A stretch of DNA of 64,000 nucleotides from Harriotta raleighana (Eukaryota). Below the pieces are notes generated by a model. The model was not told where the DNA came from, made no database searches, and saw only the letters and a list, made by a program, of their open reading frames with translations. A program made the position numbers and the translations under genes. The DNA is taken from NCBI GenBank assembly GCA_050575255.1, contig JBNZDD010013726.1, positions 620,001-684,000 on the forward strand, read 5' to 3'. Every line of letters begins with the position of its first letter. The first letter of the stretch is position 1. Positions 1 through 13,500 of the stretch are shown in pieces.

Positions 1-293
1 TAAACAAATAACAGCCAAAAAGATTTAGAACTCAACAGAAATAAATGGAAAAGCACTAGTAAATTACAGACATATAAATGTGGGTTCTGGTTGTGAACCT
101 ACATAAAACGTTGAAAAAGAACATTTGATTGCATCAAAATACATGTGGGCATAAACAAATGATGTGTATGGCAAAAATGGAATAGTATGAATCAGCTCCG
201 TGTCTGCAATTTCTCACAAACTGAAACCCTAATCTCAGCTAGACTGTTAGGGGTGAAACATTTCTTGCGTGGAGTAAGAAAATTAAAAAAGTA

Positions 294-1176
294 TAGTTAA
301 CCCTCGTCGATCGCGGGGGCTACGTTCCTGGAAAACTGCACATTCAATAAAATCGTGTTGGGTAAGCTTAAGAAGTAATGGGAAAAGGGGGGTTAGGGGA
401 ATCCAGTCGCAGGCTACCCACCTCAAGCCTCCAGTCACATCCGAAAGAAAGGTATGCACTGAGGCGGGTTACAGCTGGCCCGCACTTCACTCCGCCTGAC
501 TCTCCCCGCTCCCCCCCTTCTTCCTCTCGTCCCTCCTACTACCCGAGAAGTGGGCAAATCAGGGAGAGCCCAAGAGGGAGGCAGAGAGAAATCAGGGAGA
601 GCAGTGGGGGGTGGGGAGCAGAGAGCTACTTGGGGGCGGGGGAGCTCGGGTTGGCTGGGGCCAGGGAGGGCAGGGGGCAGAAAGCCGCTTGGGGGCGGGT
701 GGGGGTCAGAGAGCCGCTCGGGGACGGGCGGGGGCAGAGAGCCGCATGGGGGCGGGACGGGAGACGCAGAAAGGTTACAGCCAGCTTTGTTATCACTTTA
801 TTGCTATAAAGCGATAACAAAGCAGAAAAGCCATAAAAAAAAAGCAATGAAGCAATAAAACAACAGCTAGGCTAAATTACTATTAGAGACTCTATCGCTC
901 TCTCTCTGTCTCTTGTGTTTATCATGCAATGCCATAGGATGCTCTGAGGCCAAAGAGTTATTGTATCTACCCATGAATGCATTGTCCGTGTGGCCAGCCA
1001 GCCGAGGAATCATCGGATTTAGATGGGAGCTATCGGCGTTCTCACCCACGCGCACAGGGGCCAGCCAGCATGTATACACAAGTTTTACTCGCGCTGCACA
1101 AAAAAGTGATGCTTTTGTTTTGTCGCGTATACTTGAATTCGCAATCGATAAAGTCGCTTTCGATGAGGATTAACTG
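294..1176. mobile_element. MITE family A (pogo/Tigger-like, non-autonomous), copy 1
   Basis: TA flanks at 292-293 and 1177-1178. TIRs (t)AGTTAACCCTCGTCGA ... TCGATGAGGATTAACTG. GC/CpG-rich interior; collinear with 36520-37445; no transposase. Confidence 0.88.
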
Positions 1177-1382
1177 TATGTGAAAAACAATTCACATTCC
1201 ACTAGGTCACGATCACATGCCACCCCATATCAAGTTACAGAAAGGAGCAGATTGGGAGAAAAAATTGAATCAATTCCAATCATGAGGTTAAAAAGTGATA
1301 GTGTACCTTCAGTAAGAACACGAAGTGTGAATGCTGATAAAAAGCACTGAGAACTGGAATGGGAAAGGGTTTCTATACTTAC

Positions 1383-1585
1383 GTCCTGACTAACCTGTAA
1401 TGACACAGTATGGTAACTTGCTGGGACACTTTCATCCTCCTCATCATCACTATGTGACCTTGATGGACGGTGACTAAAGGTCTTTGATCGTTTCATGGAA
1501 TTATCCTTGTCTTTTTGCTTCTTCTTCAGTCGATTGGGTTTATCAAATTTATACATTTTAGACTTTCTTTCATGCGATTTGTACC
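1383..1585 (-). CDS. GBF1: GBF1 exon ~33 (203 nt; alternative donor 12 nt upstream gives exon end at 1395)
   Basis: tgtag|GG...; [15 protein letters not shown]...[19 protein letters not shown]|VSQD; donors CAG|gttagt and GAC|gtaagt. Confidence 0.94.
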
Positions 1586-4500
1586 CTACAAATTAGACCA
1601 AACCAAAAATGCATTACGTATATGTCTACAGATTCCAATGCCACTTCACAGAAGAAAAATAAAAATAAATGAGCACATTGGATTTACTAAATGATCTTTT
1701 GCAAATTTAAAAGCACATTTCTAAATCACTTAGCACATAATTACTAAAAATTTACTAATATTAGCTATGTTTTACTTAATAATCACAAACGTAGCTTTGG
1801 TGAGATTTAAAAAAACACTTTTGTACAAACTTACCCCCATTCAGATTTGCCTCTACAAAGATGCGAATAGTTTTTACACAGAGTTCAAAGTTTTCCGGTG
1901 TCACATGGGCTGCATCACGAACAATAAAAGAGAGCGATTCCACACATTTGATGAGTGACTTGGTATCATGAGAACCTAATTCTTGTCCCAAGGTTAGGCT
2001 GTACTGATTGACTAAGAGAGACGGACCCTGCTTGGTACCTTGACCAGAAGGTTTATTTATTTCCAAGTCATCTTTTCCCACCTGCAAACAACAAAGGCAA
2101 CCTGCGACTTACTGTGCAAGCAACATGATTTACCTTAAAACTGTTGAATAAACACATTATAATACCCTTTATTAAAAAAACCCTGATGCAAATAAGTATA
2201 CACAAATGTGGCTGAGAAAATAGGGAGTAGAGAGAAGAAATACTTTGACATAGAAGGTGGAGTCTTTCAAATGCCAAATCACAAATGCAGTTAAAAATGG
2301 GTCTGGAAATATTTAAGAGAATTTATAAAATACTTGAAAATAGTACCGAGAACTATTTGACTCTGATGGGTTGCTAGCACCAAGCACAGACATCATTGGA
2401 TTAAAAAGGTATAAAACAGTTATCGGCAATTTGCAAAACTGACAGCGATGGTCAAAACGCACCACCATTTTGCTCTGTCAGTTTCATACAGGAAATGTGG
2501 TTTCCTTGCAAACAACTAAAAGTTTTATTGCGGATATGCTAAAAAAAACTGACAAATTAGTTAAGCGTTGGTAAAATATCTACTCTATGGCAAATCGACT
2601 GTAAAAAGATGTAAACGTCATAAACTTCTGACACATTATGTAGTTACAAGGGTCCAAAAATAATCTGCTCACATCAGCAGTGATTCTGAGATGAAAGTCT
2701 CCAAATGGGGTTTAAATCTACAACATTAATGAAAGTGATATTGCTCTGTCAAAGAACCCGCACAGACTCGATGGGCCGAATGGCCTCCTTCTGTGCCGTA
2801 ACCTTCTATGATTCTATGATATGATTTGTACCCTGGGACAATAGTGCTACTGATTGAGCCAATTATCTAATCTAACACCTGAAATTCTCAGCAAAATCAA
2901 GCTTTTTGCCTTTTTCTCACTAACATTGCCTTTTAAACTGTGGTTATTATTCAGTACATCCAGATAATAGCAATTATGTGTTACAAATCTTCCAGTGTTT
3001 GTCTGATTCATAACAGTCTGCTTGATCATTGAAGCAAATATTTGAGACCAAGATTAATGGTGTTGATAACAGAAGAATCAGTATTCAACAACTACTGACA
3101 ACATAAAACAAAAAAGTCAAGTTTACTTATTTAAGAGACTTACCACAAGCCAACCACTACTGGCTACGTCAACATCGGTAACAGAGCGATGCATTTTCGT
3201 CTGCTTGCCATGTTCAGCATACACTTCCGAGTCTGAGGTATACCCACGATCTAAATTAATTTCGCTGGGATGGTAAGATGCAATCTCACTATCGGATTGT
3301 GCACCTTTAATGAAACAGCAATACATTATTAACTTGCGCACATAATATTATATGCTATTATTATTATTATATTAACAATGTAGTCATTTGGCTCAGTGAA
3401 GTCGAATATGGGTTCATGCCTCTGGTTCCCCAGATTTTAATTAGCTTCAGCGGGGAAAATGCTGAGCGTGGTATTGAAAGGGAGATTTCTGAGAGCGAAT
3501 CACCCTGGAATTGTCTTCATTAGCTCCTGATGGCAAGAATTGTATAAGCAGTAACCCAACCACTAAGTTATTTCAACCAGAATGGAAATGAATGCTCTTC
3601 AAAAGATGTCTTTACAATGGCAGTGCCTGCCACCAAGCCAAGCTACTCGGCACTGAATATTTTTCATGAAGCAGGATTTCTTAGAAATCATTTGGTCTGG
3701 AAATTCATCTAACCTGCATCACTGTTGTCAACTCCAGTTGTGATCTGTAGAGCTGGGGGTGGTTTGACTCCAGCTCCAATACATTCTAAGAGAGTGAACA
3801 AGGTGCACCAGTCATCACTGGAGTGTATATTAGCAGCATTCGTCTTTAGCAACTCGTGCAGGCCATATGCAATTTGCCGACTCACTCTTGACAGGACATT
3901 TGGTTTCATCATAAGTAAAATTCTCAAGGATAGGAGAACCTAAAAAAAAGAAAATTCTATTTTTGCATATATTTGCATAAATATTTTTGCATATATACGC
4001 ATTATTCAATCATGTATTTGATGTTTCCATATTTTTAGATACCAAATGAGGCCCTTCAACTGGCATTTCTATCACTGAGTAGCAACAATGATCTCAACCC
4101 AATTTGCAGAGTGCAGCAAATTCATCAATGTGCTCCAGTCAGTCTCCACTGCAGAACCAAGTTTTTAAAAAACACACGTACAGAATAGTTGACGTGTTTC
4201 GTTTCTACATAGATTTCAGGAACATCAAATTCAACAATTTGCAGTTTAACAGCAAGGAATGGAACAGAAGCACAGCACCAAATGTATAAATAATTGTGAC
4301 TATAAATAGTGACTATATTTTATTGCTAAATAAAAAGTATCTAAAAGATTAGTTAGAAGACAGCATTTATAATATTTTTAGTTACAAAAATCTGACAGGT
4401 CAGATATTAAACATTCATATCACTCAAAGTTTCAAAACACAACAAACATATGAGCAAGCATTTTATAGTTCTACTGAAGGTTCACTAAGCCAAGTTAACA

Positions 4501-7500
4501 CTCATTCTCACATGACATTCAGTGTTTTTGTTTTTCTAGTTTGGCTATTAAACTGGAATACCTGCGAACTGATTTCTTCCCTGCGGAGCAATCGTATAGC
4601 TAGTCGAAGCAAACCTACAACTGCTCGTTCAACAAGGAAACACTGCTCAGTTGCATGAACACTCAAGTGGTAGAGATGGTCTCGGACAGTCTGCCAAACA
4701 CATGACACTCGGTCCCTACAGAAAGGAAGAATTATAAATTTGCTGAGAAGCACCATTGCTATCTTTGCTTTACCGGTTAACTGTATACCTAAATCTTATT
4801 TACCACTTCCACATAATCTTATTTCAGATTAGCAACTATCCATAAAAAGGTAGGATAAGCAATTACATTATCAAAATGTCTTTGGTATATCAAGGAAGTC
4901 TATCTGAACATAATAATTTCTATTCAAAATATTCCCTAGGTGTAAAATGATTCCATCACAATAAAATGTTATACATTTAAGAGCATGTTTATTAACTCCA
5001 ACGCTCTCCTCCTGCTTTGTTCATTCGCAATATCATGAAAGGAAGAGGAGCTATCTCTAATTACTTTAACAAATTTAAATGCTTCTCAGTAAGGTATATT
5101 TAATATATAGCTCACGATAAGACTGCTCAGTCTCGTCTTACTACGACCAGCAATGTTACGAAATTTGAAATGTCCCCCTGAAGTGAAAGATGTTACGCAA
5201 ATGTAAATTGTATTGTACTATTTTTTTTATTTAAAAGGGTTACTACTGACAATTAACTTCAATCCTTGTCGGTCCAAAGGTACAGATAAATCGCTTCCAT
5301 TATGGGATATGGATCAATTATATACCATATTGACAACATTGATATTATTGACAATATTGCCTATATTGTCCAGCCTGCATTTAGTTTCTGACATTATGCT
5401 CCTGATTCTTCCAACCTGTTTTCAAGGACTATCCGAAGCAACATTTCCAAGCAAAATGCTGCATCTTCTTCATCATACGTCTCTTCATCCGGTGTCACAG
5501 AAATGAGAGCCTGGTGAAGATTTTAATAAGAGGGGAAACAAATGAACCTTAGAAATGTAAAGAATAGTTTAATCATTGTCTAAAAGGTAAAGCAATTCAA
5601 AAATGTGAATTATTTTACATCACAAATATAGTATACAATTTTGAGAGGTTTCAGAGACAAAAATAAGTCAGGTCTCTATATTAAGGGTATATAATTAATT
5701 AAATACAGTATCTTCTATCAATTTCATAAAAATAGGAAATCTTACCCAATTTTTCAGAAATAAATCCCCTTGGTTTAGTGAAACATAATAATAATTCTTG
5801 CATTTGATAAGATTTTTTCACATCTCCTAGACGTCTCAAAAGTGTTCACAGAATATACTATAAAATGAATTGCCTGTATATTTGTGGGCAAAACGCGGCA
5901 GCCAATTTATTGTAGTTATTAGCATTCTTTAAAAAGTTTTTAAGTAATTGTGGAGTCCATTTGTAATTATTTCAATAAAAGCAATCCAGAGCACCTCAAT
6001 TGGCAATCTTCCTCTTTCTAGCACTCAAATTTATAGAAGTGTGTACTCCCGTTCTCAGTTTCTCAGAGGTAACTTACTTGTGAATGTAAAAAATTACATT
6101 GTTATTTAACAAACCTTCCCAATTTTTACTCAGATTCATAACAGACCCTGTTGTATGTTTGCAAGACAGAAATCAGCAACACACACAACAGTATAAAGAA
6201 GAATGATATGTAATCTTTATTGGAACTGAACATGGTGGCCTGTCCTAGAGAAACATCAACACAGGATTTTGGAGATCAAGAATGCCAGAATGAAACACAA
6301 AGACATTAAGAGAAGTCAAAATTTCTCCAAGTCAACTGTTCAATTTCTAATAAAGAGCCATACTTTATATATTGAAATTTTTCACTGTCCAGGACCTTGG
6401 AATGTCCTCCCCACATGAAGGGTGATATATAAATGCAATTTTGTTGTTGGTTTTATTGACTGACTTGCTTGGGTTGGAGTTAGGGTTAGCATTTCTCCTA
6501 CCAGTTTCATAAGGAAGGAAGAGCATACTTTTGTGAGCTGCTGCATTGAAGAGGGTAAAAGGCAGCCAAGTGTATACTCAAAATTGAACTAACTTGATCA
6601 TTGATGTATATAGTAATAGCCCGTTTATCTGTGACTTGATGAACCAGAAAATCCGTTGAACCGGAACCTCAAAAAAAAGTCCCAATTTGGCAGCGTAGTG
6701 ATGACGCATTTATTGAATCGATTGTCACATGCGAGTACTGGTGCAGCGACTCAGCTAGCCACGAGTCGAATCTAAACTCGCTCCTGCTCCTTTTAAAAGT
6801 CATTTTTTTCCTCCGTCGGGGGCCGCCATTGCGAAGTTAAGTATAAATAATAAAGTACTTATACAATATTCTGTTATTATTTAGTCCATTATTAGTATGG
6901 TATGTGTTAAAATAGTTTTTAATTAAAAAATATATATGTTTTAAAAAAAACGTTCAACCAGAAAACTGTTTAACCGCCACTGGCCGGCTCCTGTGGGTAC
7001 CAGATAAACGGGCTTTTACTGTACTAGGTTAAAAAGTCTACTGGGGATATTTAAATTAAAATCTAATCATTTAATAATAATCCTTGCATTTGATGTAGCA
7101 CTTTTCACATTTTCTAGATGTCTCAAAGCGCTTCACAGAATATACTGCAGAGTATATGTAAAGTTTAATGCAGTATTCTGTAAAGTATATGTAAAGTGAA
7201 TTGACTGCATACATTTGTGGGCGGAATCGGCAGACAATTGCGCACAGCAGCATCCCCACAAGCAGTTGTGGATTGAAATGACCAATTTATTCTTGTTTTT
7301 TTCAAGGGAATATTATCAGCCGTTTGGATAAGGAAACTTTCCCCGAGGTTTTGCCCTGTCTGGATTTGAACCCAGGTCTCTCGCTCGCAAGGCGAGTGCT
7401 CTAACCACTGAGTTACAGGACTCCACATTTGTAAGTAATCACACTGTTAATGGCAATGCACAATATTTATTTTCAGCAACATACCTTCATTAGCTCTTGC

Positions 7501-10500
7501 AGAGACTCCAATTGAAGAAATTTGCTTTCAGTGATCAGCTTCTCAGGATCACATTGCTGGAATTAAAAGGTCAAAAACAGATAAGTTAAATCAATTGTAT
7601 CATCATCAATATTATCAGTCACTAAGGTTCCTGGGCATTACCATAAATTGCAGCAATTAACCTGCTAAATATTTCAAATCTTTTCCCTTTCTCATCCTTC
7701 CTCTGGTGAAAATGTTCATTCTTCCTCTACCGAAAGAACCGATTCTTCCAAGAGGAGAAGTCCACAGTCACTGGAAAAACTCTGCTTCTTTACCAAATTG
7801 GACATCTTGTGTGTGAACCCAGACAATGAGTATCAGCAGACTATTTGACTATGGAGGGCATTGCAACTGCCAACCAGATATCAATTGGGAACAGAAAAAC
7901 TGTTTTTTTTTCCCTTCCTAGCTCAGGAGAGGCAAGACCAGTTGCAGGATTCTAATGATAGGCCAGTACCTCACAAACACTGCATATCGACAGTCAAACA
8001 AGATCAAAATTTGGTATGGTTTTCTAAATAGTGTAACAACAAAAAATTATATATAGTTTTAGAAAAATTAAAGAAACAATCCACCTTAATACACTCCAAT
8101 GCTGCTTGTTTTGCTTCTTCATTTTCCATAGATGGTCCCCTGAGGCCAGACTGTTCATTGCCACTCAGTGTGAGCCAACTAACAAAGCTTAAAACAGTCG
8201 ATTCGCCACTGCATTTAAAAAATATATATTATTTCAGTTAATTTATTGCACAATAAAGACTTCATTAAAAAATTCTACAAAAAGGTTTCTCCAGAGGTCA
8301 AATATTAACAACACCTTCTAATTGATTTTAAAAATCATAGCAAGCTTTACTCACAATGTTACTTTCTGTTATCAAATTGTAATTAGTGACAAGAAATGTT
8401 TAATAACTTAAATAACATGGAAAGTATGCTTGTCAACAATAGTAATTTGAATAAATCATAGAATCATGGAATTTGACCGCACAAAAGGAGGTCATTCAGC
8501 CCATCGAGTTTGTGCTTGGTCTTTGAAAAGAGCTATTCAAAGACAATCCCACTCTACGGCTCTCTCCCCATAATCCTGGAAACCCATCCTCCCCAAATAA
8601 CCATCCAGCTCTCTTTTGAAAGTTGCTATCGAATCGGCTTCCACCATCCTTTCAGGCAATGCATTCCGGAATCGAATAACTCAGTGCGAAAAAAAATCTC
8701 ACTTCCCCTCTGCTTCTTTTAGAATCTATTTTAAATCAGTGACCTCGAGTCACTGACATACCCACCAGTGGAAACGGTTTTTCCCTGTTTACCATATCGA
8801 ATTCCCTCATGATTTTGAAAACCTCTATTAGTTCTCGGTGTAACCGTCTCTGCTCCAATGAGAATAATCCTAAAATAAGTCTCATGTAAGATTGTGTAGG
8901 GATTTGAATATGAGGACAAGCTGCTGAATTTAAGCCGCTGAGAACTGGGGAGCCAGAGGAGCTGAATGAGGGGGTGATCGGCTCAAAAAGCCTGGTGGGG
9001 GAGAGGTCACTTTTACGATGAAAGTTTGCTCTGCTGGAAATTTATTCAGAAGTGTCTGACTATAATAATTTCTGTCAAAGCACATGTGTAACATGGAACA
9101 AATTGTTGTTGTGACATACAGTATACAGTACTTAAATAAAATTGCTATTTGATTTGACCCATATAATTTCAGAGCTGGTATAACCGCAGTTTGCGATTCT
9201 CTGATCCCTCTGGGTCTGGGAATTGTTCCAAGGAAAGCAGTGCTCTCCTAAATTATGTTGAATGCTGGTTAATTTTTCGAGTTATTATAGAGTTTGGAAT
9301 GTCTCTAATCATTTTAAAAACCTTACGGGCAATTCATTCCACCATTCAAAAACCTTTCAATTTCAACTTTCATTGAAAAATTATTTGGGATTGGATGAAG
9401 TGAAACCAAAGTTATATTACGTGTCAATTTAATTCTGAATCTACCTCCAAGACATCTTGTCACCAGACATACTCTCAATAGAACCACACTCAGCTCAGGA
9501 GCAGTTAAACTCCACTATTAAATATTAATTTCCCTTGGTAGAAGCAAAAGCAACAATTTATGGAAAGCACAGTTATTGACAAGTTCAGACACTTTCTCTA
9601 AAAAGATCTGAATTGGCGAGGTATAAGCAAGTTATTTGAGGTATAGTGCTATATTTTGCTAGATAACAGTAGTAGCCTATAATTTATTAATAGCAAATTT
9701 AGAAGTTTAATGGAAAAGTGAAACCATGTAAAAAATTGTTGTGAAGTAATCTTTCTGATAAAAAAAATCATCCTGTGAACATAGAATTTTAAAAAAGCTT
9801 CATGAATGTTGCAGTGATATCCAGTTAGAACTAACTGAGGTTGAAAGTATTCATTTGGTTTTGGTTATAACTAGAACTAAAATGTTACTTATCAAGACCA
9901 GAACAATTAGGCAATTAGAATTGTTAGTCGGAAAATATCACCTTAACTTAAAGAGGGTACTTTATGCAGCCCGACTGGTATCAGATGGCCAGTCTACATT
10001 CAAGGTTAATAAACAAGTAAATACATACCATAAGGAAACATGACTTTCTAACCACTTTGAAGCTGCTGCAGTTCATATTAAGTCAGGGAAAAAGCCCAGA
10101 GTCACATTCAATAACCTTTCACCGGCTTCAAAGCACCGGTCTCCCCTCCCCACCCACAGATTTGCATTTTATTTAATAAAATTTGATACTTCTGTAAAGA
10201 TCCTACCTATCCTTTCTTGACCAAATCAAAGAAATTAAGTGTTAAAAGTATGAAATATCTCCAGAAGCAAAATATTTCAAAATATTATTGAATATATTCT
10301 AGCAAATGAGACTATTCAGTACTTTCTCCCAATAACTTATCAGCTGGGCCAATGGAAAAGGGCAGATGCATTTTCCCCGCAGAAATCGCTATAACACCCT
10401 CCTCCATTGAGTGTGTGTGTGTCAGTGTGAACGATTGCCTGTGTGACTTTCTGTGTGTTTGTTTGTCAGTGTGTATGATTGTCTCTGTGTATGTCTTTTT

Positions 10501-13500
10501 ACATATGTTTGTGTGTATCTCTATGTGTGTATCTCTCTCGCTTTCTCTTTGTGAGTATGTCTGTATGTCTCCCTCTCTTCGGAGTGCCTGTGTTTGTGTT
10601 TCTATGTGTTTGTGCATGTCTCTATGTGAGTGGGAGTCTCTCTCTGAGAATGTGTGTCTCTCTATGTCTGCTTCTCTTTCTGTCTGTGCCTCTGAGTGTA
10701 TGTGTCTCTCTGTGTCTCTGATTGTATGTCTTTTTCTCTCTTTGGGTCTGTGTGCAGTGTTGGGCCCTGTGAGCTCCTGTAGCCTCGCTGGTGTCCCCCT
10801 CTCCCCCCAATTTTTGTTAAAGAAGCAATCAATATTTTCTTGCGGCAATCTAACATTTGTTATTTCCTCATGTTTAGTTTTCAGGAATAAAGTATAAAAA
10901 AATGTAGTTTGGTAGTAAATGTACCTCAATAACACTAATCAACTCCCTGCCTTTTTGTGCGATTTGTCAACAGTCCCTCTGCAATTCTTTGTAAATTTGC
11001 AAATCTCACTCCAATTTTTGGCAAATATTTCCACTCTTTTCTATTGGCTCATCTTATCAGTTAGAACTACCAGTACATAATACAGTAAAACCTTGTTTAC
11101 CCGTGACTCGAATAATCGGAAAACCCGTTCAACCGCCACCTCAAAAAAAAAGTCCCGGTCCGACTAACCGGAAGTTATCCGGCGACGCGTTGAATGTCAG
11201 GTCTAAACTCGTTCCGGGTCTTTTTAAAACTCGCAGTTTTTATTTTACCTCATTCGAATGGATGAGTGCCTGGTTGTTGGGAAGGTAAGTACTGTATATA
11301 ATAAGAAATTTAGCATCCAGAGAGAGGGGGGCGGGGGAAAAGGAGGGGAGGAAACGGAGAGAGAGAGAGGGAGGCGGGGGTGGAATGGAGAGAAAGAGAG
11401 GGGGGGGAATGAGATGTGGGGAAAGGGAGAGAGAGAAAGAGAGAAAGGGGCCAAGGGGAGGACAGAATTTATATGATGGATTCAGACTGAATATCTTTGA
11501 GGGTCTGTGTCTGTCTGTGTGTGTGTCTATGTGTATGTGTCTGTGTGTGTGCTGGCCATTAGGCCTAAACTCGTTGCTTTTTAAAGTTGCGTTTTTTTAC
11601 CTCCCGTTGAATCAGTGCTGCAATTGCGAACTTAAGTATAAATAATCATGAACTAATAGAATATTCTGTTATTATTTAGTCCGTTATTAATATGGTATGT
11701 GTTAAAATATTTTTTTTTGGAAAAAATTATATTTAATTTTTAAAAATCAGTTCAACCATAAAAAACATTTAACCACCACTGGCGAGGTCCCATGGGTGCC
11801 GGATAAATTAGGTTTTACTGCAGTTGGAAAATAGACATGCTGCTAATTTGAACATACACAGTCACTCCACTTTGCAATATATCCAGTGAAGAGCCTTGAG
11901 ATGTCCTTCCGACATCAAAAAGCCTATTATGTATTCACCAGCATTATATCTAGAAATATTAATCACATCTTGCTGCTGATAATCTCAGTAATCTGAGATA
12001 AATTCCTTAATGAAACCATTATGCAAAGTCAAAAGTGCCCATATTGATATTAATAATCCTTAAATTTAATATAGTGCTTTATCACTTAATCAAAAAACTT
12101 TGCAGGATTTACTGTAGACTGTAGTGACTTATATTTTTTAGGTGAATATGTAGTTTGTTCAAAGGAATATACTGCACAGTATCAGGCAAGATTCAGGTAG
12201 TGAATATGAAATGTAACAATCAAAGAGATAAATCATTGCTTTAAACAATCTAAAGGAGGCTTGTAGCAAAATATCCTGGCAGGACAATTTAAATATTCTC
12301 AGAAAAAATACAATGTCCATTCGTTTTTGTTTCCTTCCTACCGGTTTGAAGGAGTTTCTTCACGCTGGAGAGAGATTTTCCCATTGGGTTCCACAAAGTC
12401 TTCCACCTGAATGTGCAAGAACATAGTTTAATTAGCAAAATTAAATTCTAAATCAGTCAGTCAGATCTTTCTGAAAAATATATTTCAAGGGCATACCTTC
12501 AAATAATATTGAAAAAAAATCTGTGAAGTGAGCAATTATTTAACATCAAACACAATATCCATCACTAACAAAGGGAGATCATTAAATATTGAAGGATTAA
12601 GCAGAAGTATTCAAAGCTAACCCAAAATGTCAAGAAGAATCTGATATCCAAGATCTGTTAATTTCAGCATTTCCAAGAATAAACGCTGAGAACAAAAAAT
12701 AATATGAATGTTATGTATACACATTGTACTACTGTTCTTTGCAAATTTCTCTTTGCTTGGTCTGGTGAAAGACTATTATAAATCGATTGATGAAAATATT
12801 GACATTAAATGAAAAGACTTCAACTTAGCTGAGTGCTGTGTAACAAATGTTGATTAATTCGTGAATAATTCAACAACTACTACTAATACCTCTACATTAC
12901 TAGTATGTTTATTCTTATGAATGAGATAAAATGCTTCATGAGTTTCACCTGCAACCATCCCCATCACGACATTCCACTTTACTTTTATTCGCCCACAAAA
13001 TATACAATCAATTCACAAATCAGTATATTCTACTGAGCTCTTTGCGATGGCTTGATGTTGTAATATGGCACTCTATCAAAAGCAATTATTATTATTCGAA
13101 ATCTACATAATTTGTTCAATGAAGAAGTCAAATGCAAGTCATTTAACGCTCATGACACTTGTTATTTATATCACAAGCTTCAAATATAAACAGACACTGT
13201 TTATATGCTTGTTGCTAGTTTTAAAATACAGTAGTACTTCCACTGTACTAGCCATATTTTCAAAGTACTGTACTGTACATAGAATATTTTGAAGTTTGAG
13301 CATTTTAATTCTGTAAATTGAACAGCAGGTGGCGATATTATAGAGCCTGAATATTCCAACGCAGTGTGAAAGTGTGATGGGTGGTGGAGTGGAGGGGAGG
13401 AGAGAAGAGAGGAGTAAAATATAGTAATTATGCTTTGCTCATCATCTCCATCACAAAAATGGTCAAGCCTTCAGCCTTTCTGCCCCACCCTGAAATTCCA

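Noticed and set aside
378-1183. Overlapping ORFs of 68-143 aa (Gly/Arg/Ser-rich)
   Set aside because: They arise from the GC-rich, stop-poor interior of MITE A. Frames are not preserved in copy 2 and there are no transposase motifs.
7350-7425. tRNA-like sequence with A and B boxes (also ~46370-46443 and 61789-61860)
   Set aside because: Each continues into SINE body and tail, and the copies are mutually diverged. These are SINE heads, not tRNA genes.
10312-10935. Longest ORFs in the track (207 and 181 aa)
   Set aside because: Translations of a GT/CT microsatellite; low complexity with no domain.
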